From contig NW_018406484.1 of assembly GCF_002113885.1 (NCBI RefSeq), forward strand, positions 219,179-283,178: a stretch of DNA of 64,000 nt, given 5' to 3'. Positions 39,346 to 52,956 of this stretch are shown in pieces. This stretch comes from Mizuhopecten yessoensis. Taxonomy: Eukaryota. The notes beneath the pieces were generated by a model. That model made no database searches. It was not told the DNA's origin and saw only the letters and a program-made list of their open reading frames with translations. The position numbers and the translations under genes are program-made. The stretch's first letter is position 1. Each line of letters starts with the position of its first letter.

Positions 39346-42300
39346 CCTCCAGGACTAAGTTGACAGGGCCCATCCCTGGTCTTACATTCAACAGGCAAGA
39401 CGGAAAGATCGATTACTAGGACGGCGGAGAAGGCGCCTTTCTCCTAATACCATATAAATATATAAATATATTCTGGAGATATATAATGTACATATATAAC
39501 CTCAGAACTATTTTACTATTCCTCCGAATTCGTATCGTCAAGGTCATATAATATCAAATGTATACGTTAGATAAAGTTTAAAGATTATTGAATGTTGCTT
39601 CGACAATTTACTAACGTTTTGGGGGAAAACATAATAATTACATGGGTGAGACTATTCTAACTACAAAATGTTGAATAGTATTGTGGCATGTATCTTGCTG
39701 GAGAATCAATAGTAAACTTATCAACCGTAAAACGGTACATTAAACGTTAAGTACCTCGAACGTGTATCAACACTTTCACTATATTGTACCTCATGTTTTT
39801 ACAAATATATGATGTCGTCTTTTTCTATCCGAGCCTGACTTTCGAGGACTGTTTTTAACGGAAAGGAAAAGTAACACTATATGTTACACTTCCTTATTGA
39901 TTCTCCATACGAGTTGACGCGAGAATATAAGTGAATTATAGTAATATCGAAAGTCTTTTAAGAAGAGAACCACATCTTCGCGGAAAATGCTGTCTTATTT
40001 TTTTGAGCTAATGCCTTTTCGGTAAAAAGATAATTGGAAATTACGTAATCAGTTTTCCCTGTAATCATTTACCGCGTCTCACGAACATCTACGATATACA
40101 ACAGAATCCATTTCTTAATACTGAGTACTCGTTTATCTTCCCTAGGAACTACGCCATTTAATTGAATGACTAAAGATAATGTGAATTCCGTGCTTCTGCA
40201 TGCAAAGCGTCCTTATTGTCGGTTTTAATGGTTTTTTTTTCAATTTATTAAGCAATCGTGTTCATCGATTTATTTGAGTGCACCAGCCTCGATAAATGAT
40301 TATTTGATTGCAGAGCAAGAAAATACGGCACATCATAATGTGTTTCTACGCATGCTTTAAAAAAAACACCCGGATAACTAATGTTCACTTCTTTCGGATG
40401 TTTTTCATTCAAGTCCTCATCACATCTTAGCACTTTTGACTAATTGATATTTGATGTCTGAGTGTTATTTTTTCTTAAATAAAATCCAAAGTGCAAAAGT
40501 ATATGCTGTCGCATTAAACAGACATGTATAACAGTCCTTTCTATGGCCGCTCATGTGATGTTGACCCCAACCGTACCGCATCAATATTTAAAAATTCCAC
40601 AATCAATCTCTATCATAATTCGTTTAAACTAAACTATGTCTCTAGTAAATATGGAATATTCTACATTGCTAATAAAAAGGAAGGGGCACTGTCAGAGCAT
40701 AGGTATGACATGTAAGGAAACAATAATTCTGAATGAGGTTGCGCCAATACAAATCGTTGGTAATATTTGTAAGGTAGTAAAATATCTTAAAGATGGTTAC
40801 TCTAACACAGCTCACAACAAATATGTGAAATGTACATGTATCATCTGTTAACACGATTGGCTGCATGACACAATTGCATGCTAATATCTTTACCTTGAAA
40901 CGTGTTTACCTTTGTGTGATGAGCTATACCCACTGACTCGTGATATCTCTCTTCGAAGAGATGGTAGCAATTAATTGTGTCGTGCATTTAATTGCACGCA
41001 AATATAATGTTAATCTGTTAAAAAAATAATTCATTTTAACAAACAATTACCTTGAAATTTAATCACAGTTGAATGTATGCCATAGTGTTTCTTGATGTAC
41101 ATATACTTATTAGGAAATTACGGCACAATAAAAACAAACGTGATCGCTCGAACGGTTCTGCATGCAACAACATTTTAATTGATCAGGTAATCTCGTTCGT
41201 TTCGCACCCAAATGACATGAATGTGGCGTAGTTTTCATTACGAACCAGTAATTCTGCTGATATCGTCGTTATTTGCGGAACACTCGGTCGATATTGTTTC
41301 TGTTTCCTGTCTTCGCTTGATTTGCCTTTGAACAACGTTTCAGCTATTCGCTTGTCGTCATAGAATCTGGCTTTGCTCGCCTAATAACGGTCAGGTCACG
41401 GCAGGTATATGTCGAGGGCACATGTTATATAATTAACTTGAGGACGTAAAGAAAGCGTTTCGTAGCAGATTTGGTGGAAAATATAATGTAGTATGTCCTA
41501 GGAGTTAATAAGAACATATATAATACATGTAGGTGTAAAAGGCAAATTGAATGATGGCGTTATTCGGGTCAGAATCTAAATAAAAACCGCGATCTTATCC
41601 TATAAAAATCCTATCTTCGACTGATTCCGTTTTACGTACTTTGACTTTGGCTGGTTCACATGTACTGCTTTTCTGTTTACGATGACTTGACTAAGATTAG
41701 CATGAGCAGCCTTTGTTACTTTCACACTCTGACGTTGGCTGTAGTTCGCATGATCAGCTTTTTTTGTACTTTATTTACTGTCGATGGCTGCGGTTCGCAA
41801 GATCAGCTTTGTTTTTTTATTTACTGTGACGATGGTTGTGATCGAGAGAGCAGCTGTCATTAATTTACTGCGACGTTGGCTGTGGTTTTCATGATCAGTT
41901 TATCTAATTTCCGGTAGATGACTTGCTCAAACAGTCTAGGAGCAATCGGTACAACAATTCTAAGCACAAAAGGTCAACGTTGACAAACAAGAAATCTGAC
42001 ATATAACTAGATCCTTATCAGCGACTTGGTTTCTATAATGATATACAGGACTAAATGTTATCCATAATTTTCAGTGTCTCAATATGTTGGTCGAGACATT
42101 CAATGTATTTCATTTTTCAATTAGCTACATTCACAAAATCGTCCAAAAGAAAACACAATCACAAAATAATGCCCAAGAATTATAAATGTAATCACTTTGT
42201 ATGAAAATGTTTTTGTTTCAGTGAAGCTAAAGATTATTTTAAAGACAATTTTTCTATGAGCCATGAAACAACACAAAGCAAAACAACATTATAAAACCTA

Positions 42301-42865
42301 GATGTAACGAATCAGATGTAAACAGCTTGAATTCTAAAGCGTATCTTAAACCATTAAGAACAATAATTAGATTTTCACAAACAACCTTGTCCAGGGCGAC
42401 TGACCACTGTATGCCGATACTGTCTGTCTGACATAACTGTTTCCGTGCGCGTGCCGAGGTTACAGAGGCACTATTGTTTACGCAATCGATGTAGTCATGA
42501 ATATGCAAATAAAAAGCTTCCCTTCCACTGTATATTTTAACTACACATTGTTTGGTTGACAGAGCCAACCTACATAAATATTCATGTAGTTCCTGGAATA
42601 CACTTCACCGTAGGCATATAACGACGTAATTATATTTTATGATTGATGTATCCGTTCTGTATGGGAGATTCTGGTCGATGATAGTCTGTGAGGCAGGTCA
42701 CATGTATGAGACTTAACACTGGCGGCCAATGAAACACATTGGCTGTTTTTATGGAAATATCAATGGAAACACCGATTAAATGAAAATGGTTGCCTTAACA
42801 ATGAAACACATTGGATGTAAAACAAAACTAAATGAGTATGCTAATGATTGTAGTCGATCACCTAC

Positions 42866-43665
42866 CTTGAGATGGCGTGGGTTGATTTCCTTGGTCAGAT
42901 GAATTTCCTTCTGGGTTGGATCAACTCCATGAAGAGGATACACAACCTCGCCGATAATCTCGTCTCGCGAGAACCGGTCAAAGCTAAGGACCACGAAATG
43001 CAACGTAATTCCTTGAATCTGATTTTCACTGATGCCGTAGAAGGTAAATGTCTCGTCGTACGTGGGACTGAGGGTTTTCCGGAGAACCCTTGTTTTACAC
43101 TTGTGCCTTTTATCAGGCAGCAGCTGAAGCTTGACGTAGGGATCACACCCTCCTAAACTTGGGTCCCTCTGGGGTAGGTCTACAGCGCGCAGAATCGTCA
43201 CAAGCAAGGCGGTCTTCAGCGAATCATATTCCACGGAGAAATGGAGGTTTCCCAGTTTCTGTATTTTATTTTCATCAATTTGTTTTTCCCTCATACAAAC
43301 TTCTTTCTCTGGCGTCTTCCCTTCTTTTTCATTTTCCACGTACACTTCTGATTTCACGTGACCTGAGGACTCTTTTTCGGATTGCATTGAGTACGATGGC
43401 GGAAGCATACGTTCAGTTGATCCAAGGTCATGCTGCGACGGCGGAGTAATAGGACTTGTAGCTTTATGCTTCATTGGCGTTCCGCGTGCTGAGACATTTT
43501 TCTTGACGTTTGTACTTTCCTTCAGCCCTTTTTTGATGGCAGACGATAGCCTGCTTTGGACCTCCTGAGCTCTCCGCCGTCGATAGCATTTGTACGTTAC
43601 GATGGTGGCTAACACAATGAAAACTATTGTCCCGGCGACTATCCCAACTATGCCGAATGATGAAA
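42866..43665 (-). CDS. Syt4: Synaptotagmin-4/11-like large exon: transmembrane helix, linker and C2A domain
   Basis: Acceptor TGTTTCAG|TT (phase 1), donor AAG|GTAGGT (phase 0); 800 nt. TM helix GIVGIVAGTIVFIVLATIVTY followed by CYRRRR. C2A motifs LGNLHFSVEYD, DPYVKLQLLP, KTRVLRKTLSPTYDETFTF and LSFDRFSRDEIIGEV (Syt4/11-type Ser). Confidence 0.96.
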
Positions 43666-45192
43666 CTGAAACAGAAAACAATATACACTGAATATATCTT
43701 CATACAATAACATATGGTTAGAGTATAACATTCTCAGTACACTTTATATCTACCGTCATGCGAGCCATGTATATCATTTCAAAACATTTATTATGTCAGG
43801 TTAGGAGGGTTAGAAAGCAATGTATCAGCTTTAAAAGAGCTACAAACTGTTTCTAATACGTTGGAAAAATAATAAACAAATTAAAATAATAAATAAATTT
43901 ATAACAATCAGAAAAGATACCATCAATATGGTGTTTAGTAGTTTTGTATAGGAAATTGTACATTGCTTTTGATTTGGAAGGAATACTATTGCATTTTAAA
44001 CCAAGCGATAGTTAATGTATCGAGAATTATAAAAATGTAGGTTTGCTGCTTGTTAGGTAAGAAAAAGGAAAACATGCGAACAGACTTGAGATGACAAGCA
44101 ATGATGTATAGAGAAAAAGTTGAATCCTATGCAGGGTATTGAGGCTGACCACATTAGTGAAAAGACTTCTCAAGCTCAATTCAGGCTGACCCCAATAATA
44201 GGAAAAGAACCGTTTCCATTCCAAGCATCTCCAGACAAACGATACCAAAGCTAGAAATGTCGCGACTCTACCCTACAGACATTCACTGTCAATTTCCTAA
44301 ATTGAGTAGACTAGAAACGGAACTTGTAAAAACCATTCAGGTATGCTCTTCATTAACCACTACGATTTTGCTGCATTGCAAGGGAAAGGAAATTATTCAG
44401 GTAAATTTATCTCATTTTACAGTGATATTGTAATTCGTATTCGACTGCATCGTTAATCATGTATTCCTCCACGTCATTTAACGAACACTAGACACAGAAC
44501 AAACACACGTCACATCTACATCACAATCTCGACACCTCCGTTACACAACCACGACACTTATGTAACCATATGATTTATTAGTGTAATCTATACATGTATG
44601 AACAAACGCTTTTAATAGTTGACAAATGCAATCTTTGAAAATCGAAAACAAGTTCACATATTATCTAAATAATATTATTTGAAACCTTGACAAACTATTA
44701 TTAAATGGTAAGTTTTCAGATCATTCCACATTGACCGTGCCTCTTTTGCTTCAGAGATCCTGACATCAGTTTATCTCAGCGTGTGTATACGGTAGAAAAT
44801 TCAAGCTTGTAAATTATGTGTGATTTAACTAGAAATGGAGATGTAGATAGACATGCGTGTTTACTGTCCCAGCACGATTTCAAACACACACTGGAGCAAC
44901 ATAAAACAGTGTTTCCATGGCAACAACAGCAAATAATTCAAAGTCTGAGAAATTACTTGGGAAGATCGATAGGACACGAGAGATCATACGAACGACAAGG
45001 CATAAAACGTCTTAATCAAAATAGAACTGGAACGTGTTTGTCGATTTTGTCGATTTTGTCTTCAGATAAACTACAGTGATGCCTTACTCCAAGCTCGCGT
45101 GCGACGTATGATTTACTTGCCGATGCATGCCACACAATACATATCACGTGATGCATTCCACATTACAAATATCAAGTGATAACTTTTACTTT

Positions 45193-45475
45193 GGCCAATA
45201 CCAGTACATGTCACACCGGTACAAGGAAGCAAGTGCACTGGCCAATACCAGTACATGTCACACCGGTACATGGGAGCAAGTGCACTGGCCAATACCAGTA
45301 CATGTCACACCGGTACAAGGAAGTGAGGTCACTGGCCAATACCAGTACATGTCACACCGGTACAAGGAAGCAAGTGCACTGGCCAATACCAGTACATGTC
45401 ACACCAGTACAAGGAAGTAAGGTCACTGGCCATTACCAGTACATGTCACACCGGTACAAGGAAGCAAGTGCACTG
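45193..45475. repeat. 47-bp minisatellite (GGCCAATACCAGTACATGTCACACCGGTACAAGGAAGCAAGTGCACT)n, ~6 copies
   Basis: Unit read directly. Confidence 0.95.
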
Positions 45476-46088
45476 CAGTTTCAGCGTTCATACAACATTA
45501 ATAAAACCAATCACCGCAACCGAAGCACAATCCACAGAGGAATCGTTTTGTTCAAATAAGATGAAGAAAAATTCAATTGTTTCTTAAGTACAGATGATCT
45601 GTGAATTTCTCGGTTATTTGATTTGTCAAAAAATAAAATCTATAAATATAAATGATCACTTTTTGATCAAGGAAAGGCTTTCAAAATGGCTACAGGCGCT
45701 TTTCGTTGTTTGTTTTGTCTCTGCAACAGGTAACTCATATGACGGCGACTCGTGTGACTTGACCACAGCTAATGGGTCCATAACCCAACTGTCCCCCTTC
45801 TAAACCACATTGCCAAAGGCCATTGACATTAAGAGGTCTGTCTGGATGTAAATTACACATAAAATCAATGGTGTGGAGTATCCCTGGTGAAGGCAGTCGT
45901 CCCTTGTATCAGACAGTTCTATCGCCTATCTCCATGGTCACAGATCACATGACTAGACCCTATTCCTGACGTCTGCCAAGGGCAATCATGGAATCACTTT
46001 TTGAAACGGCAAATGTGTCTTTAATGTATTACAAGAAGATTTTGTGCTAAAAAAATTGCAATATTTAAAAACGCATCTGTCCTGCTTA

Positions 46089-46323
46089 TAATAATAATAC
46101 TAATTATAATTCGAGGTTCTGATATACCGCTTTATCACAACCTAGTTCGTAGGTCGTCTCAAAGCGGTTCACAAATTATTATCCGTGGTTATAGGGCCTT
46201 TGTAACCAGCCAATACCTTTCTCAACTCCCTGGGGAGCATACAGTCAGAGTTTCCATTTCGTTGCTAACAGCTAGCATTCAACAATTCTAGCACCGCCCA
46301 ACCACGTACTCATTTACAGCTCA
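46089..46323 (-). mobile_element. 5'-truncated SINE with a Nin/Deu-like core and an L2-like 3' tail
   Basis: Minus strand reads GCTGTAAATGAGTAC...TGTATGCTCCCCAGGGAGTTGAG...TGTGAACCGCTTTGAGAC...ATAAAGCGGTATATC...(TAT)n. Motif recognised from memory. Confidence 0.65.
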
Positions 46324-49060
46324 ATAGAATACCGTGCCTCCGTAAAACGAACTTGAACAACACTTTGAGTTATAATTATCTTAACGTTTAATTAAGCTAT
46401 ATGTATCTAATTATTATCCAAGCAGTTCCATCTTCAAATTCCATATGTATTTCTCTGACCATTCAGACACCTCTAAATCGTCCAACCCAGACTATAACTA
46501 CGATACAGCAGATTGTTACCGATGTATCAAATGGAGCCCCGCTGTTAGTCTTGTGATCGATCTAGCATTAATCTAGCTATGCGTTTGTTTAAAAAGATGA
46601 CACACGTATAACTTTGGTGTAAAGGTCTGCTATAAGTTTGAGGCAAGGTAGAACAACAGAGCTCCGCCACACTGAAATCTCCTTTCGTTAGTGGAAAATT
46701 ACCTCCTCGTAAAATACGAAGTAATAAGCATCAACAGATTTGGAGAGTCGAAGTATCAAGTCGACCAAAGTAAACATGTTTAACTGTACCGTATTGGTCG
46801 TTTTTAATCAGTGACATTTAAGGTGAAAAAATGTTTATATATGGCATAACTGTTATGAAAATAGAAAAGCAGAAAAACGTAAAAAGTGTCACAAAACTAT
46901 TTAAAACGTAACAAACAATTTTGGAGTACATCAGATAATCTATTTTTAACTATTTTTTCCATGGAAACCGTGCCAGAATTAATTTTAGAATAGGAAATCG
47001 TCCCCATTTTTCAAACCATATTGTTTGCTTGAAGCAATGTGAAATCTTCGGATGCATCCAGCGACATTCACTGAGTTGAAAACAACCCCTCAGTAGAAAT
47101 ATTGGAATATTGTGTTTCGTCACTTTGTTTCCATACAAGATCGACCACGTTACGCTATACGCATGCGTGAATTTCTATATTTAGGAAAAAAAAGATCCTG
47201 GTCCATTTGATTAGAAAACAAATATTTACGTCGTTTTTCAAACGAAATGATCGATTAGAATACGGAAGGATAATCAAGATATAATTTTTCAAAATGATAT
47301 TCGTCCATACCAAATCATTTAAACATTAACCAGCGGAAACTGACGTCGGAACAAACGGTCAATTGAAATGAATTAAGCGATTTGTTATAGTTATCCCGCA
47401 GGCGCGAGCCCAATACAGCTGTTTCCGGGCACGCGTTGCCTCTAAAGGTCCGACCATTTCCCGCATTGTATAATAACTGAATGTCATGTTGGCTATAAAT
47501 TCTACACATTGATCAGATGAATGCGTTTATTTTCTCCTTGCAGACAATGGTTCGACGTTAAACACTTTTTTTATCAAATAATTTGTTGCAAAACCTCATC
47601 AATTAGGTGAACATTGGTAACATCAGGGGCGAAATGCCGAATCGTCCATCTCCGATAACGGAATTTTCCTCATTGTTCATATAAACCCGTTTCATCATCA
47701 TTCTACAATATTAATAGGAAACCTCCAGGAGACTTTTTAATCCTGTGAATATTATATTTGAATTACGCTTACAGATTGTAATTAAGTGATCCATTCCTGG
47801 ACCGGAAATTAATAGGGGGATGTAATTGAAAATGAAACGTACAAATATAAGGCAGATTAATTCCGATCAAATCATCCTCCTGAATAGAGATATAACATGA
47901 TAAGGATAGGGATTTTATTGGCATGTTTACTTTTTTCCGGACTGAATTGTTATGTTTCTGGGATAATTATCAGATACTTTATCATGTATTTTTATCTTGT
48001 TAACGTTGTTTGCCAAGCCGAACATATCGTTGGAAACACCATATCTCATACTGTGAACTATGCGACCTCAACCTATCCAATAATAAAACATTCACAATAC
48101 AAAAAGAAAAATCGTGTTTCCCTATGAAATCAAAATATCGAGGAATATGATTTTTAGACCAAACTCTTAAATATCATAACAATGCGACACGTGAAAAAAA
48201 GTGTTTGAGGGCTGCCTGGATGTTGCTATCAAGAAAGGGGAAGATCACAACTAGAAATCGAAAGTGCCATGGATATCTTACAACTTAGTTGTATGCCATC
48301 CTTGTTAGTCACATTGTAAGTTAAGATTGAGAGAAGCATTGAACTTTGTTTATTTGGATATATGAATGACACAGCTTTGCAAGTTAACATCATAATGCAC
48401 GTTAAAGTATATTCATGATTGATCAAAAGATCTTTTGAATTCTTTGAAATCCACATCCTATTAATTAATTTTCTTGAGAATAAAGAGCCACAATAGGAAC
48501 AGGCTATGGTTTAAATGTACTGTACAAAATATTTGTTCAAATGAGTTTGGATAATTGATTTGTTGAGTATCTAGCAGAACCATTGATAATGCGTCGTTTA
48601 TAAGGATTCTTGTGAAGTTTCGGAATTTAGTACACACGCGGCAGAATGAATGGGGTCGGACATATAGGTCTAGAGATACAGACTTGTGGTATTATTCAGT
48701 TTGGATTTCAAGATGTAAATTGTTTTAAATGATAAACCTGATAAATTAAACCCACATTTTAAGTGAATCCAGGTTAGCATGCTCTCGTTTTGTCATTGTC
48801 TGTCTGGCTTAGTTTAAAAGTCACGATCCTATTGAAAGTGTAGTAGTCTATAGATTCTCTGTATCCTTCATGAACAGTTCTCTTAGCTTTTCATTATGGA
48901 TAATATTTGGATTGTAAGTTACTGCGGGACCAGCTGGACAATAGTTGCATGGGGATACAGAACATCATTGAAAGAGGAGTTATTTTCAAGGTCATCTTAA
49001 GTCAACTGTTTAAGCGTTTGCCTGTAGTTTAAAAGCCTTGAAGCAGTGACTTTGGAATTA

Positions 49061-49224
49061 CTGTAAGAATTGGCAGGTATACTAATGTTAATGGCATATG
49101 TTCCCTTGTTTGCACTTGTCCTAACCAATCAGTAACTGAGGCTGTAAGAATTGGTAGGTATACTAATGTTAATGGCATATGTTCCCTTGTTTGCACTTGT
49201 CCTACCCAACAGTAACTGAGGCTG
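49061..49224. repeat. 81-bp tandem duplication (2 copies)
   Basis: CTGTAAGAATTGGYAGGTATACTAATG...CAGTAACTGAGG at 49061 and 49142. Confidence 0.93.
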
Positions 49225-51339
49225 CAACGCAATCGAATCAACAGCAGTACCAGTTCCATCGATGCACTTGTACTTAATTGAATGATAAAAGTTGTGCGTT
49301 ACTCATGTAGGCAACGCAACATTCACTAACACGTTTTGTCACGTGCTTTGTCGTTTTTATGACAACCACACACGAAATCTGCCAAGTTCGTGAATGGATT
49401 AAAGGATTAGCACACGTCTACAGCACGTGCCTGTCACTATCGTCATGCACATTAGACAGATGGTGGTGAATCTCACGGTAGTGAACTCGATTACTGACGC
49501 TGGATCCTATGTCCTAACCACCTCAACTGCACGCGAACCGTCGGAACATAATACCTTTGTCACCGCTAGGCATAACATCAGTCGTGCGTTTTGTTTGAAC
49601 AGTTGTCTCTTGTCATTAGCCTTTTTGTCGCTGTGTTCATCGAACCTCTATCATTGCCATGTTTATACCATTCATGTGGTCGACTGTCGATAACTGCCTA
49701 CGACATGTTCTAGGATTTTTCTTCATTAAATTGAAATTGGCCTTTATAAATTGTTTCTAAATAAAAAAGATACTTGGCATGTTTGAATTAGCAATTCGCA
49801 TTCGTAGTAAATAAAATAAAATAAATAAAAACATACTACAGGCTCAATAAACAAAGACGAAATTTAATTTACTGCAATGTAAACAAAAACAAAACATATC
49901 ATAGCGTCAGTACATAACAGCGCCAACAAGGACCAAACAACAATTACGTCAATACACATTGACAAAATCAGAACTCGGTTGAATCAAAACGGCACAACAT
50001 CCACTGAAGAGACTTCACTACTGCAAATTATCATAACATGAACCCTTTCAAAAGGTGTTGACGAAAAAGGTGCTCCGGAAAGAGAAATTAAATATAAATA
50101 CGTGTTGATAATATTGACAGAAAGCGGTATAATGTCTAGATATATTTCTTTACAAAGAACCGCACGCTTGGGTATGGGTCGGTTCAGTAAATACACTGCA
50201 ACTCACGAAGGCGATATTAGTAATGGGAGTAGTCTTCAAACGGGGAAACGATTATAAAATTGATTGCATCATTGCAACGACTTTGTCAACATAGCTCTGG
50301 CTATAGATAAGCTATTATTAAGGCAGTAATATAATACCCTAGTACACGACATCCCTTTGGACCTGTGCAAATGAAAACGTGACAGACAATATTACAGGAA
50401 CCGGAAGTAAGGACTGTTATTTTAGGAACAGACATCATTATCAGCCTTTACTCAAATAACTTGACATCAGAATTAATTTATAACATTCAACAACGCTAAT
50501 AATGGAAGGAACAATCAAGTAACGTGTCTTTTGTCAGGAAACAATTGCAATTGATAAATTTATTTTAATCGAAGCATTGTTTTCTTCTCTTTTCGTGTAC
50601 TGTTCGAATTACATGCCTACCCCACACTAGAACAAGTACCATGTCAGGCACCTGAGGAGGGTGTGGTCGTATTGGCTCCAATTTCTTTAAGGTGGGTGGT
50701 GATGAGGCTGATCTTCATCATTAACGAATACTACACAATCTTGTAAGCATCAGTCACCAGTCCAACAATTCCATCGCTTCATTAACACAAACGATTACCG
50801 CCATGACAGGATATAATGACAGGGTTGTATCACTTTCACATTAGAACGCCTAACGAACACAAACCAATACATGTCTTATTCTGATATCCTGATAACCCTG
50901 CCGCTGTGATTACACGATCTTTAATCGCTACTGGCATCAAAATAACCTAATGAAATTAGTGATACTAATACAAGCGTCACTTCGCCTTGCAATCAGCGCA
51001 GAACATCAAAACAACCAACGAATCTGGCGTACGTGGCAACGGCTTACATCGTCAAAGAGTCCTTATCTGTATCGGCGTGTCCTGACGAACTCCACCGTAG
51101 TGACGTCGGCTGATATGATTATACGATGCATAAATTAACAATGAACTGCAGTCTGATATCATATTGATCCGGTCCGGCAATACCATGGGTGTGCCGCCAT
51201 GTTGTTTTTATGTGAGGGTATCGTTTACGGCGGAGTCTAGATGGGTACACAGCTTTAAGCTACATGTATAACGCAAAAGACTCACGCCACTGTTTCGTCG
51301 TTATTGAAGGGTGAACAGACTCGCGTTATTGGTTCTCCT

Positions 51340-52000
51340 TTATTAGGGAGTCAACAGGCAGCCTCATCACTTACTCGTCTGTGATGAAGATTCAACAAAA
51401 TAGCGTTATGACCAAAGGCTTGTCTTTGATAAAGAGTCAACAGGCCGGCGTCACTTGCTCGTCTGTGATGAATAGTCAATACTATGGCATCACTTTCTCA
51501 TCGGTGATGAAGATTCAACAAAATAGCGTTATGACCACTGGCTTGTCTTTGATAAAGAGTCAACATATGACGTCCTAATATGCATGATGAGCCTAGATAA
51601 TGACGTCTTCACTTTCTCGTCTGTCATGATGAGCCTATATAATGACGTCCTCACTTGCTCATGATGAGCCTATATAATGACATCCTCACTTGCTCGTTTG
51701 TCATGATGAGGCTAGATAATGACGTCCTCACTTAATCATGACGAGGCTAGATAAAGGTATTATCAAAATTATGATTTCACTAACTCATCTGTGATGTTTA
51801 TTACCTGGCGGGCGTATACGGACTGTTTATGTTGGCGAGTCAATATCACGGTGGTACTGACTCGTCTGTGATTTAGATTCAACAGAATAGCATTTCTTGG
51901 CTGTAGGTGATGAAAAGTCACCATCATGGCGTCATGCTCATTGGCTTGTCTATAGTTAGGAGTCAACAAGCTGGCGTCACTGCGTCATCTGTGATGTAAA
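51340..52000. repeat. Degenerate tandem repeats (TCACTTGCTCGTCTGTGATGAAGAGTCAACA-like and ATGATGAGCCTAGATAATGACGTCCTCACTT-like units)
   Basis: GTGATGAAGATTCAACAAAATAGCGTTATGACCA..GGCTTGTCTTTGATAAAGAGTCAACA is duplicated at ~51381 and ~51504; four short units lie at 51585-51750. Confidence 0.7.
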
Positions 52001-52956
52001 TGTAGGGAGACTCAAACAGAATTCAATTATCTGTCTATGAGAGGATCATTCAATTCGTCACGCAATCACTGAGAGGTTATTTCTACTGAGAACTAAGGCC
52101 CCATATGCCTTACTTAGCTTTTTCCGATCCGTCAGTTAGTTACGTCAGTGGTACAGCGCAGTGAACCTTTCCATACTAGTTTTGGCAATGTTTTACAAGT
52201 TTTCCTTTCCCTTATTCTTTAGTTATTTTTTATTCTACTTGTATGTGATATGTTAACAAGGGTGACAAACCAAATTATAAGGTCATCAATTCTTATAAAT
52301 TTTCTAACGGTGAAACGAATACTCTTGTGGTAAACTGATCGAGTAACACGGTAATATACATAAATTTAACACTTTAGACAAGTAAACAGGTATGATAATA
52401 TCCTAATTTGTATGACACTTTAACCTTAAGCTTCAGCAATAGGTTTGACAATGTCTCAAGCTCGACATTGAGACAAAGGACCAAACGCAATCAATAAAAA
52501 TCACAACTTGTGAAAAAACCCAGTCTGGGCAAGTTCTCCCCCATTTCATATTTTTCTCTATTCATGATAGTGTAAATACGTGTTCAAGATATTAAAATAA
52601 ATGACAATCTAAAAATTCAAACTATAAAGGGACGTTACATAAACTCATGTAAAACAACCTAAGATATATTCTATTTATTCTTACGATTCCTGCTACTGTG
52701 TATCATAACTTTTCGGGGCCACTCAACAACAAGTTTCCAGGTGAATTTGCCTAAAACTGTATAGATGCTGCTTTAATAATCTTTTGATGCCTGTGCTAGA
52801 AAATAATTGAAATAGGAAAAATTGATATAGATAGTCTTAATTGATAACATTTATAAAGTATCTGATAGCCAATCGAACTGCTACGTTAGTCAAATAACCG
52901 GAAATTCTTGTCACCATCGTCACCTTTTTGCTACATTACATCTCCAACACACAGGC

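Noticed and set aside
42776-42865. C2A-only isoform with a hydrophobic tail by intron read-through
   Set aside because: A strong AAG|GTAGGT donor sits at the expected position; 30 open codons are within chance.
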